From assembly GCA_965287045.1 (NCBI GenBank), contig OZ336887.1, forward strand, positions 14,632,001 through 14,696,000: a stretch of DNA of 64,000 bases. Direction: 5' to 3'. Position 1 is the first letter of the stretch. Every line of letters begins with the position of its first letter. This DNA comes from Carcharhinus amblyrhynchos (lineage: Eukaryota). Below are positions 36,709-50,108 of this stretch, piece by piece. Position numbers and translations under genes: made by a program. Under the pieces are notes generated by a model. The model did no database searches. It was not told where the DNA came from and saw nothing but the letters and a program-made list of their open reading frames with translations.

Positions 36709-37530
36709 TTTGACAGTCAATTTTTTTTTTAATATAGACTTACATTAACACTGCAATGAAGTTACTGTAAAATCCAATCCACTTTCTTCCCAGTTTCCTG
36801 TATTTTTTATAACTTTTAAAAAAAAAAGTTGTTCAAAGAAAATGAAAAAAAGCATACAATTGTTTTTAAACACCCCTATGAGATTTTTCCCCCCCTAGTT
36901 TGCTTGTAATCTGTCTTGGGAATTAGTTTGCAATTTCTGGAGTTCCCCATTAGGACAGCCCATTCCTGGCAAACTGACAGCTGGTTCCCTCACACAGACA
37001 AGTTGTATCAAAACATCTGGCTCTTTCTAAGTAATTTGCCTCTGGTAGGAATTTGTGCTGATAGTTTGAATAAAGCACCACTTCAAACCTGTAATATTTA
37101 TAATACAGAAACCAGCAGCAACAGAGCAACTGCTATTATCCCAGTGTAGCATTTCCATCATCGTGCCCACCCCAGTCACAATCCATAGCTTTCTGATTGC
37201 ACAGAGAGAAAGTGATGAATTTAAGGTGGCAAGTGATGAATCAGAAGGCAATTTTATCTTTTTTGATATGAATGTGTGTTGATCCCTATCCGTTGGGAAC
37301 AAGCAAACGACATAAAAAATAATGTCCCTTAGGAACCTATCAGCTGGAGGTAGACAGCTGCAGATTTTTATTCCAGCCATATTCAGAATTGTAGTCAGAA
37401 GAGATGAGGATGGTGATTTGTGAGTGATCTAAACTACAACAGCATTATCAAAGGTGAAACATGCCGAGACAGCTAGTGCTCAGCCCATATCCTATGTGTC
37501 TAATCCTTGGCCTTCGTCATTCTGTTCCAG

Positions 37531-37627
37531 AGCTCAGCAGCTACTCCTGGTGAAGATTCAGAGATTGATGTACCGCAGCAGCAGAGATGAGACAGACAAT
37601 CAATATAGCACACTCCGAGGATTATGG
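37531..37627 (+). CDS. CARD11: CARD11 coding exon (post-SH3)
   Basis: tccag|AGCT...ATGG|gtctgt; 97 nt; [32 protein letters not shown]. Confidence 0.94.
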
Positions 37628-38918
37628 GTCTGTCTTTCTTTCGCTCTGAATAATTTATACTGTTTCATACAATCAATTTCCATTAAGTGAATAACCTATT
37701 TTGCCTCAAAACTTCTGCCATTTATCTAAATTGTTGACATTACAGAAATCTATGTATGCTTTGGTAAAATACTTAGTACGTATTGGAATACAGAGAGATA
37801 ATGCATCAAAAACGTCAAATCCCTTGTTCTAATTTTATGTTTTGTCTATTTTGAATAGTTTCTAAGTTTCCATTCTGAGACAAGGGCCTTTGCTGTATTT
37901 AAGCTCAAACAGGCTGTTTTGCTTTTGAAATGAACTATAATCAAGCTCATTGAGTGATGTAAATATTGTTTCATTATTTAGAAGTGAGATGTTACAACAA
38001 AATAAGAATTTGGTAATGGAAAGGGGCCACCAAGAGCTCAGCAAGACATCTGATTAGTTGGGTTGATCCATTTGATGCATCAACCCAACTAATTCAAATA
38101 TCCTCCTACCTATTGTGTTCCTGTCCCGTGATATTTGATCTCTTAGCTGTAGAGAAAAAAATTGTCAGGTTTCTTCTTAGGCGTAAAAACCTCAGTAAAA
38201 TCTCAAAGACTTCCACTTTTCTAAAGAAAAGGCCAGACTCCACTTTCTCAAACTCAATTCCCATTGTAAATACCAGGGTGTGTAAAATCTTTAATAAAAT
38301 GATATTAGAGAGAGTAACAATTTAAGTAAAGTTCTCAGCTGCCAAAGTACAACACTGCTGGACACATCAGTGGCACTTGCACTGGCAATGAGAAGGTTAA
38401 CAAGCCTGCATCCCTCAATATGTTCTTTAACTGATTTGAATGGCATGGACACAAGATGGAAAATGGTTTTGAATTGTCAATAATTGACTTAATGCACACT
38501 TTCATTTGCTCAGGATTCATTAAATGGGGAATTCACTGTGTTGTATTCTGTCATTCTTTGCATTTCTATATTCTGTGGATACAGATTTTTGCTGCAATCA
38601 ATTAAATAAACTATTGAATTTTTACCAAAATATTCAAAATTGTTATGGGCTGCCCTCCAGCTGTAAGCATGTAATGATGCATGCAGAATAATAGATTGGT
38701 AGGAGGGAACTACAAGGTACTTACAAAATCGAAGGATTGAAATAATGTTATAAACCATGAGAGTAAAATCAGTTTAACTTGTCCAGTGAAGCAAGGAGAT
38801 TGTGCAATTTATTTAAGCCACTGTAGAACTCCCAGGAAACAATTGACTAGATACCGTGAACCCAGCCAGCTCACCTAATTAGCCTATTTAATGAGGTTTG
38901 TGATTTCATATTTTACAG

Positions 38919-39011
38919 AGCTTTTTACAACCTGAAGAACAACAGCCCTCCATCGATCCCAAAGCACCCCGTCTCTCACGGGCAAGCATCTTCTTTGGTC
39001 AGATTTTTCAG
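38919..39011 (+). CDS. CARD11: CARD11 coding exon (SH3-GUK connector)
   Basis: tacag|AGC...CAG|gtgatt; 93 nt, phase 0-0; SFLQPEEQQPSIDPKAPRLSRASIFFGQIFQ. Not in the ORF track. Confidence 0.94.
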
Positions 39012-39857
39012 GTGATTATTCCATGCACTTTGGAGGCATCAACCATTACACCGAATTATATTGCATTTATAGTACATAAATAGACCATTTGGCCAATTGA
39101 TTTTTCTTTAATTCTTTGGTCTGTTGTTGCTGACAAGGTTTGTTGCCCATCCCGAATTGCTATTGAGAAAGTCCATGGCAGTGTTTAAGGTTCTCACAAA
39201 TTATTGCCTCTCACCCCTCAGCATAATTTTCTATTCCTTTCTCCCTCACATGCTTCTCCAGTTTCCCCTTAAATGAATCAATACTATTCACCTCAACTAC
39301 TCCCTCTGCTAGAAAATTCCACATTCTCACCATTATCTGCCTCAAGTCAATTCTCCTGAACTCCTTGTTGAATTTATTAGTGACTGTCTTATATATTATG
39401 AAACCCCAACGAGTAAAAACAACTTCTTTATATGTATCCTATCGAACAACTTCATAATCTTAAAATCCTCTATCAAATCATGCCTCAACTTTTCAGAATA
39501 GAGTCCCAATCTGTTTGATCTTTCCCAATGGATTTAACTTCGTGGCCCTGCTACAATCCTTGGAAGTCACCTTTCTCTTACAATGTTTTGTCAGCATGCC
39601 ATAACATTGCTGTGAGTTGAACTTTTTATTGTGTGTATAGCAGAAAAGTGGGTAACACAGTGGACTGCTGCATCCTGGGTGTGGGATGGTGTCACTCTTA
39701 GCTACAGTATCTTGCATTAGAGACCATACAGGAACATTGGAACAAGGGAAGGCTATTCAGCCTGGAGCCTACTCTGCCTTATACTAAATTATGATCGTTT
39801 TGTAATTAAATTCCATTTATTCACCTTAGCTCCATATCCCTTGATATTCTTTGTTGA

Positions 39858-41834
39858 TTGACAAGACGATCACCTGAGGCTGCCACAGTTTCTTGTTTCT
39901 TCCAAAAGGGAGTAAATACAGAATGGTTCAAATCATTACACTCAGGCGAGAACTTAGAGTAAGTTAATCCTCAAATAGTAAAATACTGATGTTACAAATA
40001 ATTAGGAAACGGTAAAGATAAAATCACATCCCGATGAGTTAAAATGTCTTCTTTGAAATATACTTTTTCTATTGTTAATTAAATAACGAGGGTTTTGGAT
40101 TTAACAGTTGAGGATCTACATTGCATGAACCAGCTACGGTTATGGTATCACAGTTCATACACACCAGAATGAGCTGAACAGCTTATTACACTAAACTGAA
40201 ATCAAACACGTGAGTGAAATCTCCAGGATTTAACTAAAGGTCTCTGAACAAACAGTTGTCAGTCAATCAAATTCAAAAACCCTGTGGTTAGAAAGGATTC
40301 AACAAATATATGTTCACATCAGATCAAAGTCTTGCAAATCCAGTAATGCTTTAGCATAGTATTATTTGATTGAAACCCGGGACAAATTCTCTGGGTGTTG
40401 ACTATTTTACTGGTTAAGCAATCTAACTCAGACCGGTAGTCTGTCCTCCATTTTACATATAATTATGCTACATAGAATTTACAGCACAGAAACAGGCTGT
40501 TCAAACCAAATAATCATTGCCAGTACATATATTGCACACCACTATTTTCCCATTTTCATGTAAACTTAACAGCATACCTTCTATTCCTTGCTCCATCATG
40601 AACTAATTTAGCTTCCCCTGAAATACATATATGCTATTTACCTGAACCACTTCTTGGGAGTAGTGAGTTCCACACTCTAACCATTCTGTGTGTAATTCTG
40701 CCTTATTAGATTTATGGTGACTATTTTATCTTTACTTTAACTTATATTTGGGACAAGGAAAATTAGCTTAATCATAACTCTACATATCTCAAAACGGAAT
40801 GGCATAAAATGGAAACACTTCCTTTTTTTGACAATGGAAGAAAGTCTGCTTTTATCTCAAATGTAATGGTTGAAAGCACACCTCTTAAACAAAAAAAATT
40901 CAATCTGTCAGTTACTAACTTAAAGAATGGCATGGCAAGATTTCATGACTAAAACATTTTTCTGTAGAAATTGACTAAAGCTGTTTTGACGAAACACTTT
41001 TCTTGTAGGTAAGTTATATTTCAAAGTATAGAGAGGAACATTCTCCATTTATAGTAATCACCCTATCACACTTCCCCCGGAATTACAGTCCTATTAGTAA
41101 ACAGTCCATATGTGCTCCCAGTATCCCCACTTCACCAAATGGTAACTTCAGTTGACCGTCTCCAGGTGCTTCCTTCTGTTTTCAGAGAGTTCCTTAAGTC
41201 TGCCACCAGCAGTAAAGCCTGTTCTGATGATTCTTTTTCTCCCCTGGCCATGCCAAGTCCAAACACCTGAAAACTTTAAATGGCTGCAGAATGTGTCTCT
41301 TAGACTAGAGACGATCCCTCCACATACAGCTCTGGTAGCTTACAAAGTCAAGCACCCATTTTTCTCTGCTGACTACACAAGGCCTCTCTGCCTGTCTTTG
41401 ATATTCATTAATTTGTGGGGAAGCTTATAAGCTGATCTCAAAAATGGCTTCTACCCTCTTCCCCATTGTAACATGAAATATTGCATTGCATCTAAGTAAA
41501 TATGCCAGTCAGCTACTTCTGTCACAAGTCCCTTTCACCTTAGAAGCACAACTGTTTACAATACACTATATTCAACACTTTTCTCGGACTTTGGTGGAAC
41601 TCATTGTCTACTCAAATTAAATTCAGAAATTGCTGCCATTGTTTCCAAGGATAAATAATGACACCATCTTCTCAGTAATGTAATCCATGCCTTTCTTTGA
41701 TATCTTACAATCAAACCACCCAGGCTTACTGTCAGGCAGGCTGCAGACAGGTCACATGACACTGTTCATCTGCCCCTAAATTTAAAGCTACTGGTCTAAA
41801 ATATAATAATCTTATAACGCTCATAATTGTAACA
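39858..41834 (-). mobile_element. Possible long solo LTR with a nested CR1 tail (about 40470-40730)
   Basis: AT-rich ORF-free block ending in ...TTGTAACA (TGTTACAA on the minus strand, a typical LTR start). Left boundary uncertain and no TSD seen. Confidence 0.3.
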
Positions 41835-44531
41835 CTTCCGTAAGATGTGCAAAGTTACTAAAATGAGTGTCACCTGTAATAGTGCGAAGTGACAGCTTAG
41901 TTACAGGCAAAAGTTGCTAGAGCAGAAACTGTGGATTGTATTTGAAAGGTCTAATTAAATTCCAGATAATTGCCTGAAGAAGGTCACTTCCTTCAGCGAA
42001 TCTGAAAATAGCCATCTTGTTTCTTTTTCCAGCCAAATCCTAGTATTAGGCTTGATGAGAGGTTTTGCAGGGAAAGACAACCATAGTTTCTGGAAGAAAT
42101 TTGTACTTGAATCACTACAGGAACACTTAGCCCATTATTACCTGTTTAGTTTTCACTCTGCTATTTCTGTAGTGTTTTCATGAAAGACCACTGTGAGCCC
42201 CTGCTTAACATAAACTTTTCAAGTACAATGTTTGCTAACAAGAGGTCAAACAGAAAGACTCGTTGTTGTATTTAGCCTACTGCACATGACACTTAATCCC
42301 TCTAGACTTCAGAAAGCCTCATTAATAGATTTAGTTTAGTCAATCTGGTGTGACCATTATTGGAAAGAAACACTTTCAAATTAGACTGCATGTCTTCCCA
42401 GTGCCCTGACCAACCCTCAGTCAATATCATTTTGAAAGTATATTATTCATCATCATCATCACATACCGTCCATAGGAGCTAGCTTTGTCCAAATTGGCTG
42501 CCATATTTCCTTTATTGCAGTCATAACTATGGACAGAATTTTATAGGCCCCAAACGGCGGGTTTGCAGGGAGGGGAGAGCCTGTAAAGTTCCCAGATGAT
42601 CTTCCTGCCCATCTCTGAGCAATCTGCATGTTTACGAGGGACCATGGAGGCCCAGGGCAGATGCTTGTCCTCACACCAACTGAGGCCGCATGGGCAAGGG
42701 CCATTGCCTGCTGGTGGGGCGAGTTCAGATACAGGTGGATGCCCAGCAGCTAATCCTGCTTGGGCAGGAGATGTGAGGTAGGTAGGTGCCCCCATTATTG
42801 GCTCCTTTCCAGTTTGGGCATACTCCCAAGTTCTGGCCCAGAACTAGTGCTTCCTCTCTGTCTGGATTTTCGTTATGATCCCCACCAGCACCACACCCAT
42901 CACCCCGCCCATTCTGTCCTCCCATCCCTGCCCTGCCATGACACTTCAGACTCACCTGGTCCTGTGGGCTTCAGTGCTTGGACTGGTGGGACTACTTATA
43001 GTCCCAGCAGTGGCCACCGCTCCCATTGGTGTTGCTGGGACAGAACATCCTCCCAAGTGAGGGGCAGAAGTCCTGCCTCCTGCCAATTAATTAAATGGCT
43101 AGCAGGGATGCTTTGATGAACAGGCAAATGTCTCCTGCTGACTTTTTCTGTAGCGAAGTGGGAAACTTTGCCATCCAAACAATCCCACCCAATATTTCAG
43201 AATTAATTAATTTGCTATGAAGTTGTTTGGGACATCCTGAAATGATGAAAGGTGTGATATAGAAACACAAATTCTTCTTCTTTCTGCCGTTTAAATGAGT
43301 GAAAAATTGCCAGTTTTATTAGATACACAAATAAAAAAACAGCTTTCTAAATACATTCCCTCTCCAATCCTTTGCTGAATAGCAACTAGGAATTCAGTGA
43401 GACTCTTGTTTGAGTCTAAAGATAAGTAACAAGTAGAACCATGATGAGTGGAGACTTGGCTTTGTTTTCCACAGACACAAATAATAGCACTTCAAAAAAC
43501 AAGTAGGAAGAGATTAATCTCACTGACTCTTGCTTGCGCACACACAAACACACAACTCTTGCTGTTTTACCTCTTGCACATTCTCTCTCAAGAGGCTCTG
43601 ATAGGCTGAAGCTGCACTCTGCCTGCCTTTCGTACAATTCCAGGCAGAGATCTGCATTTCTGCTTGATAAGATACGAACTCCTCACTAACTACTACTGAG
43701 TTTATTTTGCTTTCCTCTCAGATGAGGCACTCTATCATCCACTGGGACCCTATGAAATGTGACCTGGAAGATGAATATTCAAAGATGAGATTCATATCTA
43801 GATCTTTGGATATTGCCCTGAATGGGTTCATGTGAAAGGCTGTGCTGTACAAATGTTACCCCCAAATTGTCATCTGGTGTTCGTTTCTCAAAGTTTGTCA
43901 ATAGAAGTCAGGTTAATGACAACTACTTATTTTTATGTTGCACCGTTAAAACAATAAAATGAGCCAAGGAGCTTCTACAGGAGTGATATCGGACAGACTT
44001 TGACACCAGGAAGGAGAAGGTGATATTTGGGCAGGTTCCCAAATGTTTTTGCCAAAGAAGGTCATTTTTAGAAGTATCTTAAAGGAAAAAGATTGAAGCA
44101 GATGGGTTGAGAAAGGAAATTCCTCAGTTTATGGCCCAAGCAATTGAAGGTGTGAACACCAGTGGAAGCCCAGAGGAAATTTTAATTGAACTGGAGGAGT
44201 GCAAAGTTCTCAGAGAGTTATAGGGCTGGAGGATGTTATAGAGAAAGAGAGGGATAAGGCCATGGAGTGGTTTAAAAACATCAATGATAGTTTTAAAATC
44301 GAGATATTGCTGGACTGGGGGCTGGGATACATCAGTGAACCTGGGGTAGTGGGTGAACGGGACTTGATTACCATTCTTCAGTTTAATATGTGCTGGAGGG
44401 ATCTGTCTATAGTATTAATATAACAAATACAGATCTAGAATTTGCACTGAAAATTACTGGGCCAATTTTATTAGTAATCTTTCTTTGTATGATTTGGCTT
44501 TGTAACATCTTTTTACCTTTTCTCATGACAG

Positions 44532-44664
44532 TTTGTTAGTAGGTCTGATAATAAGTACAAGAGAATGAACAGCAGTGAGCGCGTACGGATTGTCACCGGA
44601 TCCCCATCTGGCCCAGCAAAAGCATCTTTTGAAACTCTGAAATTCTCAGCTGACAAACAAGATG
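44532..44664 (+). CDS. CARD11: CARD11 coding exon
   Basis: gacag|TTT...GATG|gtaata; 133 nt; [44 protein letters not shown]. Confidence 0.95.
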
Positions 44665-44906
44665 GTAATAAAATGACCTGCATTTATGTAGTGCTTTTCA
44701 TGACCTCAGGATGTACCAAAGCGTTTTCCAACCAATTCAGTACTTTGTGAACTGCAGTCATTGTTGTAATGTACAAAACGTGGCTGTCGATCTACAGGCA
44801 GCAATTAACCGGATTGTCTGTTTTGGTGATGTCTAACTGTTAGTCAGGTACTGGCCTTTGTTAGTCCTTTGCACAGAAACCTCTATGACTCCTGTATGCA
44901 AACTAA

Positions 44907-45048
44907 GGGGAGGATTTTTCCTGTCCCAGCAGCTGCGGGAATCATAGTGGCAGGTTGGGAGGGGGTGGAATCGTGAAAAGTCTGTTGAGCTCAGGCGGGA
45001 TATTCCAGTTTTGGGGAGGAGGGGGGCAGTGGCCAGAAAATCCCGCCC
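44907..45048. mobile_element. Tourist-type (PIF/Harbinger) MITE, 142 bp
   Basis: TAA|GGGGAGGATTTT...AAAATCCCGCCC|TAA: 12-bp TIR (10/12 match) and a TAA target duplication. Related sequence at about 48541-48670. Confidence 0.75.
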
Positions 45049-45097
45049 TAAGATTAATTTGTCTACCCCATTTTTTTTGTTGTCATTGTTGTTGAAG

Positions 45098-45277
45098 ATG
45101 TGGATACAGAAAGTGACATCAAGAGGAGTTTCAGCTTGATCCCGTACAGCCTGGTTCATCCACATCACATCCAGCAGAAACGCCCTGTATTGTTCTCACC
45201 CACTGCACTGGCCAAAATGCTTGTGCAAAAGTTACTCAATTCTGGAGAAGCCATGGAGTTTGACATCTGCAAATCAG
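45098..45277 (+). CDS. CARD11: CARD11 coding exon (start of GUK)
   Basis: tgaag|ATGTG...TCAG|gtgagg; 180 nt; [59 protein letters not shown]. Confidence 0.96.
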
Positions 45278-46892
45278 GTGAGGTTGTGTCATGTCTTGGT
45301 TGCAAATGTTTCAAGCAAACAATGAAAGATGCTCACTGGGTGACAACACTAACACTTTTACTCAGAACCGAGTAAACAGAGAAACTGTTTGCATTGACAC
45401 AAAGGTCAATAAGCTAGTGACACAATTCTTCAGGTAATTTGCAAAACAAATGGTGAGCAAGACGAGGAGAAAGCTTTGTCAAACAGTGAGTTATATTCGA
45501 ATCAAGGCTTACGGGAGCTTCAGTAGTAACTTTGAAAAGGGAATTCGATATATATTTGAAAAGGAAAATTATTATATTTGGAAAGGAAAAATTTTCAGGC
45601 TATGGAGAAAGAGACTGGGGTAATGGGACTAATTATTTTTGGATTTCTGAAAGGATTATTTGAACGGAAAGGGATTTGAGAGAGACAGCACAGGTACATT
45701 AGATTGAATGGTTTCTGTGCTGGATGGTTTAAATCCAGCCATGATCGTTGGGATAAAAGTATCCTCACTTTGTCAGCTCTGAGCTTCTTACCTGAAAGAA
45801 GTTTGTGCAATCTCAGTGTAGATCGCCGAGTACCATTTCAGGCCCCCATTAAACTTAGTGCAGTTACAGTCAGGAAAGAAGTGGGAGCACTTGGGACACA
45901 CAGTAACAGTCAAGCTAGTTGTAACCATGATTTTCTTTACTTCTGTTGATCAACGCAGTGGAAAGTACAAATGAATGTTTTTACTTGCAGGAGAGTGAAA
46001 CTGTGAATGAATTGAGTCATATATTGTAAATGTAATGTTAGAAAATGACTGTCGCTGTGATCCCATAGGAAGGACCAACTCATTGGTTGCATTGACCATC
46101 TTGTTGGATTGGCCCATGTGAAGACCAATCATATTTAATTGTAAAGATTCAGGCTTTAAGCATGAGTGAATGACCCATTCACAATCATATTTTCAGTATA
46201 TTATTAATGAAGTTTTTTTTCATCAGGATGATGAGAATTTATTTTGGCATACAATGATGGTGCATCCATGTTCTTATCTGGTCCTTTGAGGCAGTCAGCA
46301 TGCCTCCTCATTGCTTAATTGAATACTGCTTGCAGGATATTTAGTTGTGGTAAGAGTGTTTATATTCTCTTGAGTTTCTGCCTTCAGGCTGTTCTACACA
46401 GAAGCATCTCCACTCTCCTCATTCACTGCCTTTAGGCGGCTTCTTTGCGCACATAAAGACCGAACCCTCTCTATTTGGTTGGTTCGCTGCCTACAGGCCT
46501 TTTGAATCATCTGGAGGCATCAGCCTCAGACGCGTTAACAGATGTGTTAGTTTCAGTCCAGTGGAAGGATGTAACGTTCAGGTTTCTTTATAAAAATAAA
46601 CTATTTTATTCTTAGTCGTGCCAAACCCCCATATCTCCTTGTGCAATTGTGGACAAAATATCCTGGACTCGAGTGTATTGTCCTATAGCTGTAATTACAC
46701 TGCCTTTGATCATTTAATATGTGATACAGTTGATCTTGTTCCTTCCTTCCATCTTCATAAATCATTCACTCTGACACTCAAAATAAATTACCAGTGAGCC
46801 TGCATACAATAGGGATCTGGATATCAACTCCTTACTCTTTTACTGACGGGGCTATCACTCTACCTGAATCCACCGCTGTCTTTACCAAACCA

Positions 46893-47375
46893 AAGTACTG
46901 CAGCTGTTGGCAATCTGACATTTTAAAAAAAAGGAACACTTAGCGGGGTGTGGAGGCAAGCTTGGTGCGAGAAGCTGAATTAACATTTCAGGTCAATAAC
47001 TTTTCATTTGAATTGGGAAAAGTGAATAGATTTAACAGAACCAGGGAAAAGCAGTAAGGGTGCAAAAGAAGAACAAAGAAAAAGGTCTGGGGAAGGCAGG
47101 ATTGTTGAATGACAGAAGGGATGAAGGGTACAAGCAAAGGGGAGGGGTGACAAGGACAAATAAAGAGATAAAAGATATGTCCAAAGGAAGTGTAAATGAT
47201 AACAGCAGAACCATTCCCATAACACGTTGTTTGAGAAAATGGGAGCCGTAGTTATGACCTGCAGTTGTTAAGCTCAGTGTTGAACCTGGAAGGCTGTAAA
47301 ATGCCTAATCGATAGATGAAGTTCCTCAAGTTTCTATTGAGGTGCATTGGAATAGTGTAAGAGGCCAAAGAGGCC
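46893..47375 (-). mobile_element. Old Penelope-like fragment
   Basis: aaagtactgcag...ggcaatctga start, decayed hammerhead-like core at about 46981-47010, and ttgaacctggaaggctgtaaaatgcctaatcg, which I recognise as PLE GIY-YIG-end sequence. Confidence 0.5.
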
Positions 47376-48659
47376 TTATGAAGATGTTTGTAAATCTTTT
47401 ATCCCTGAATTTCCATCGAATTCTCCTTGTATTCAGCTGTAGTTTTGATGAGAGATCAGCAGAATCCCTGGAGAAATTGGGTACAAGGCTATTTTAAGCC
47501 TCATAATGAGTGATTTGAATAACAATGTACTTTGGAATCGTGTAATAGCAGTTGACATGAAGAGGTGCTGATTTCATTTTTAACAACTAGTTTGTTGCAG
47601 TTTTTGCTGTAGTGGCAGAGAGGTTTATTCACCGTTTCTTTGACAAGACAAAGACATCATTGACATCTACTGACGGATTCTTTGGGTTAGTTGATGAACT
47701 GTCTGAGACTTCGAAATGGAAAATGATTGCTTTCAGTTTTAAGTGGTTGCGTGGAAGCTGCTTATTGAGTTCATGGCAGATTCTGGTTCATGGATAGCCC
47801 CTGAAATTTGTCTTCCTACTCGACGCTAAAAATTGTAAGACTTTGTTGTTACTTCAAAATTTGTCCCGGATAAAAACAATTGTGATCTGACACTACAGTC
47901 AAGAAATTTTAAACCAAAATATAAAGACTCCTAAAGCAGATTTCCATCAATTTTATTGATATATTGGCCAGTATTTTCTTAAAAATAGGCAGAGTGGTGC
48001 AGCGGGTGGGAGAAAAAAGCAAGGAAACCATCAGCCCCCAAAGGTGGCTTTTCCCACAACGTTCAGCTCATATTTGGAAAGAAATTATGGGGTGGTGGTG
48101 CCTGCCCCACCAGCGACTTCAGTTTTAAAAGAGGTGTTCCAGTACATGAATTTAAAAATAAAAACCCCCATTTCAGCTCAACATGACTGCTTATGAGAAT
48201 TCCTCGGCTGAGAAATTGTCTAGCTGGTATCATCAAGGCTTGCATTGTGGAATATTATTATTGGCACAGATGCTGGTGATAAGAATTGGGAAAATCAGTC
48301 TAGGTTTGCATCCCTGATCACCATCAGTAACCATGTTAGAAAGAGCATGTATATGCAGGTAGCATTTCAGGTTGTGATTGTTCTGTTGATGCCAGGCTCA
48401 GCGTATGAGTAAGATGCACGAGAGCAGCTTTGACGCTTTCAGCATCATTTTCTCATGCAGTTCCTTGGATCGAGATTGTTTAGTTTCCACTCATGTTCCA
48501 AGACTTTTGAGATGACTGATAAGTCCAATGCAGTCTCTGTGGGTATAATTTTCCCTTTCTGCCCACCACGGGAATCATAGCATGCGGGTGGAGGCGGTGG
48601 GGCATGCAAAGATCCATTGATCTCGGGCAGGATTATCCAGTCTTGGGGTGAACATGGCC

Positions 48660-48950
48660 AGAAAATCCTACGCGTTGCAGGTGGTATTTGAAGGATTGGG
48701 TTGTTTCAAGGTTTGTGCAATCCCCCAACTTCATCTCTGCACATTCCTGACAAAGTTTCTTGACGTGCTTGGTGCCCCTCCAGACGAGCCATTTTACTCT
48801 ATCACAAGTCAGGGGACTCCAGTGAGTCAGCAGGGATGCTTTGAGGACATCCCTAAAGAGTTTCCCCTGTCGTCCTCGGAGTCTCGTGCCGTGACAAAGT
48901 TCCAAGTAGAGCAGTTGCTTCAGAAGCTTGGTTTCAGGCTACATTATACT
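48660..48950 (-). mobile_element. RTE-clade LINE ORF fragment
   Basis: Minus frame ...LLKQLLYLELCHGTRLRGRQGKLFRDVLKASL... matches the RTE C-terminal 'LPKQLLYSEL..G.R..G...R.KD.LK' pattern. Confidence 0.7.
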
Positions 48951-49092
48951 CCAATGTGAGCCATCAACTTCAGGGAACAAGGGGGAGAAAATTGGGGAGG
49001 GAGAGAGGGAGTTTACAATAAACACCCATGGAATCATTGTTCAAACAAGAATGGCTTGGATTATTTTATTAATTTCAATATTTGCCCTGTAG

Positions 49093-49217
49093 ATATTTTA
49101 AACAAAGAAGAATATTTACAGAAACAGAGGTCTGAACCAATTATCTTCTCCAGAGAAAAACATTTAAACACCTTTGAATGTGTCATGCCTGCTAACATCA
49201 AAGCTGTAACTGCCAAG
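49093..49217 (+). CDS. CARD11: CARD11 coding exon (GUK)
   Basis: tgtag|ATATT...AAG|gtaaaa; 125 nt; ILNKEEYLQKQRSEPIIFSREKHLNTFECVMPANIKAVTAK. Confidence 0.96.
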
Positions 49218-49481
49218 GTAAAAACTTTCCCTTTTAATATCTTGTTATATTTGTTATAGATGTGGCAAATGAAAGTGTTTGTTTTGCAATGGCAAGAGCC
49301 CCCGGCCTACTGCCAAGAATTGTTACTGGAATAAAACTGCTTATATTTATATTGTGCCTTTAAAATGATAAGAAGTTCCATGGCGCCTTACGAGAGCGTT
49401 ACCAAACAGAAGTAGACATCAACCACATTAGGAGATGTTTGGAAAGATAACCAAAACTTGAGTACTGCTGAAAAAGACATT

Positions 49482-49517
49482 TTGTTGAAACTTTTCATCT
49501 TGCACTCGTCAGGACAA
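49482..49517 (-). ncRNA. Minimal type I hammerhead ribozyme-like motif (second family)
   Basis: Reverse complement TTGTC-CTGACGA-GT-GCAAG-AT-GAAA-AGTT-TC-AACAA: core boxes, a 2-bp stem II, and stem I TTGT(C)/(A)ACAA. Confidence 0.5.
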
Positions 49518-49809
49518 TTGCAAGAAGTCGTAATGTTCATTTGGAGAGCTCATGCAAACATGATGGGTCAAATGACCTCCTTCTGCATTGTTACAATTTT
49601 GTGATTTTCATTACTGACCAAGGCAGCTCTTCCAGTATTCTTTGAAAGGTCCTTTACTCAACTGTCTAAACTGACTTCAGAGCAAAAGCAACCTCTGACA
49701 ACTCTTTGGTCCTTAAATCTCTACAAGTCCTCACTCTTCAAACAGGGAATGTGTTCTCATTTGCATCTTGCTTGCTGGTTAACAAAAAACAATATTTTCT
49801 TCTGCTTTT

Positions 49810-50108
49810 TAACAATATTTATTGTCACAAATAGGCTTGCATTAACAAAGCAATGAAGTGATTGTGAAAAATTCCCCAGTTGCCACACTCCGGCACCTGT
49901 TTGGGTACACTGAGAGGAATTTAGCATGGCCAATGCACCTAACCAGCATGTCTTGTGGAATGTGGAAAGAAACCGGAGCACTCGGAGGAAACCATGCAGA
50001 CACGGGGAGAACGTGCAGACTCCACACAAACAGTGACACAAACTGGGGATTGAAACCGGGTCCCTGGCACTGTGAGGCAGCACTGCTAACCATTGTGCCA
50101 CCGTTGGC
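49810..50108 (-). mobile_element. HE1-like SINE
   Basis: Full-length reverse copy. Confidence 0.85.
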
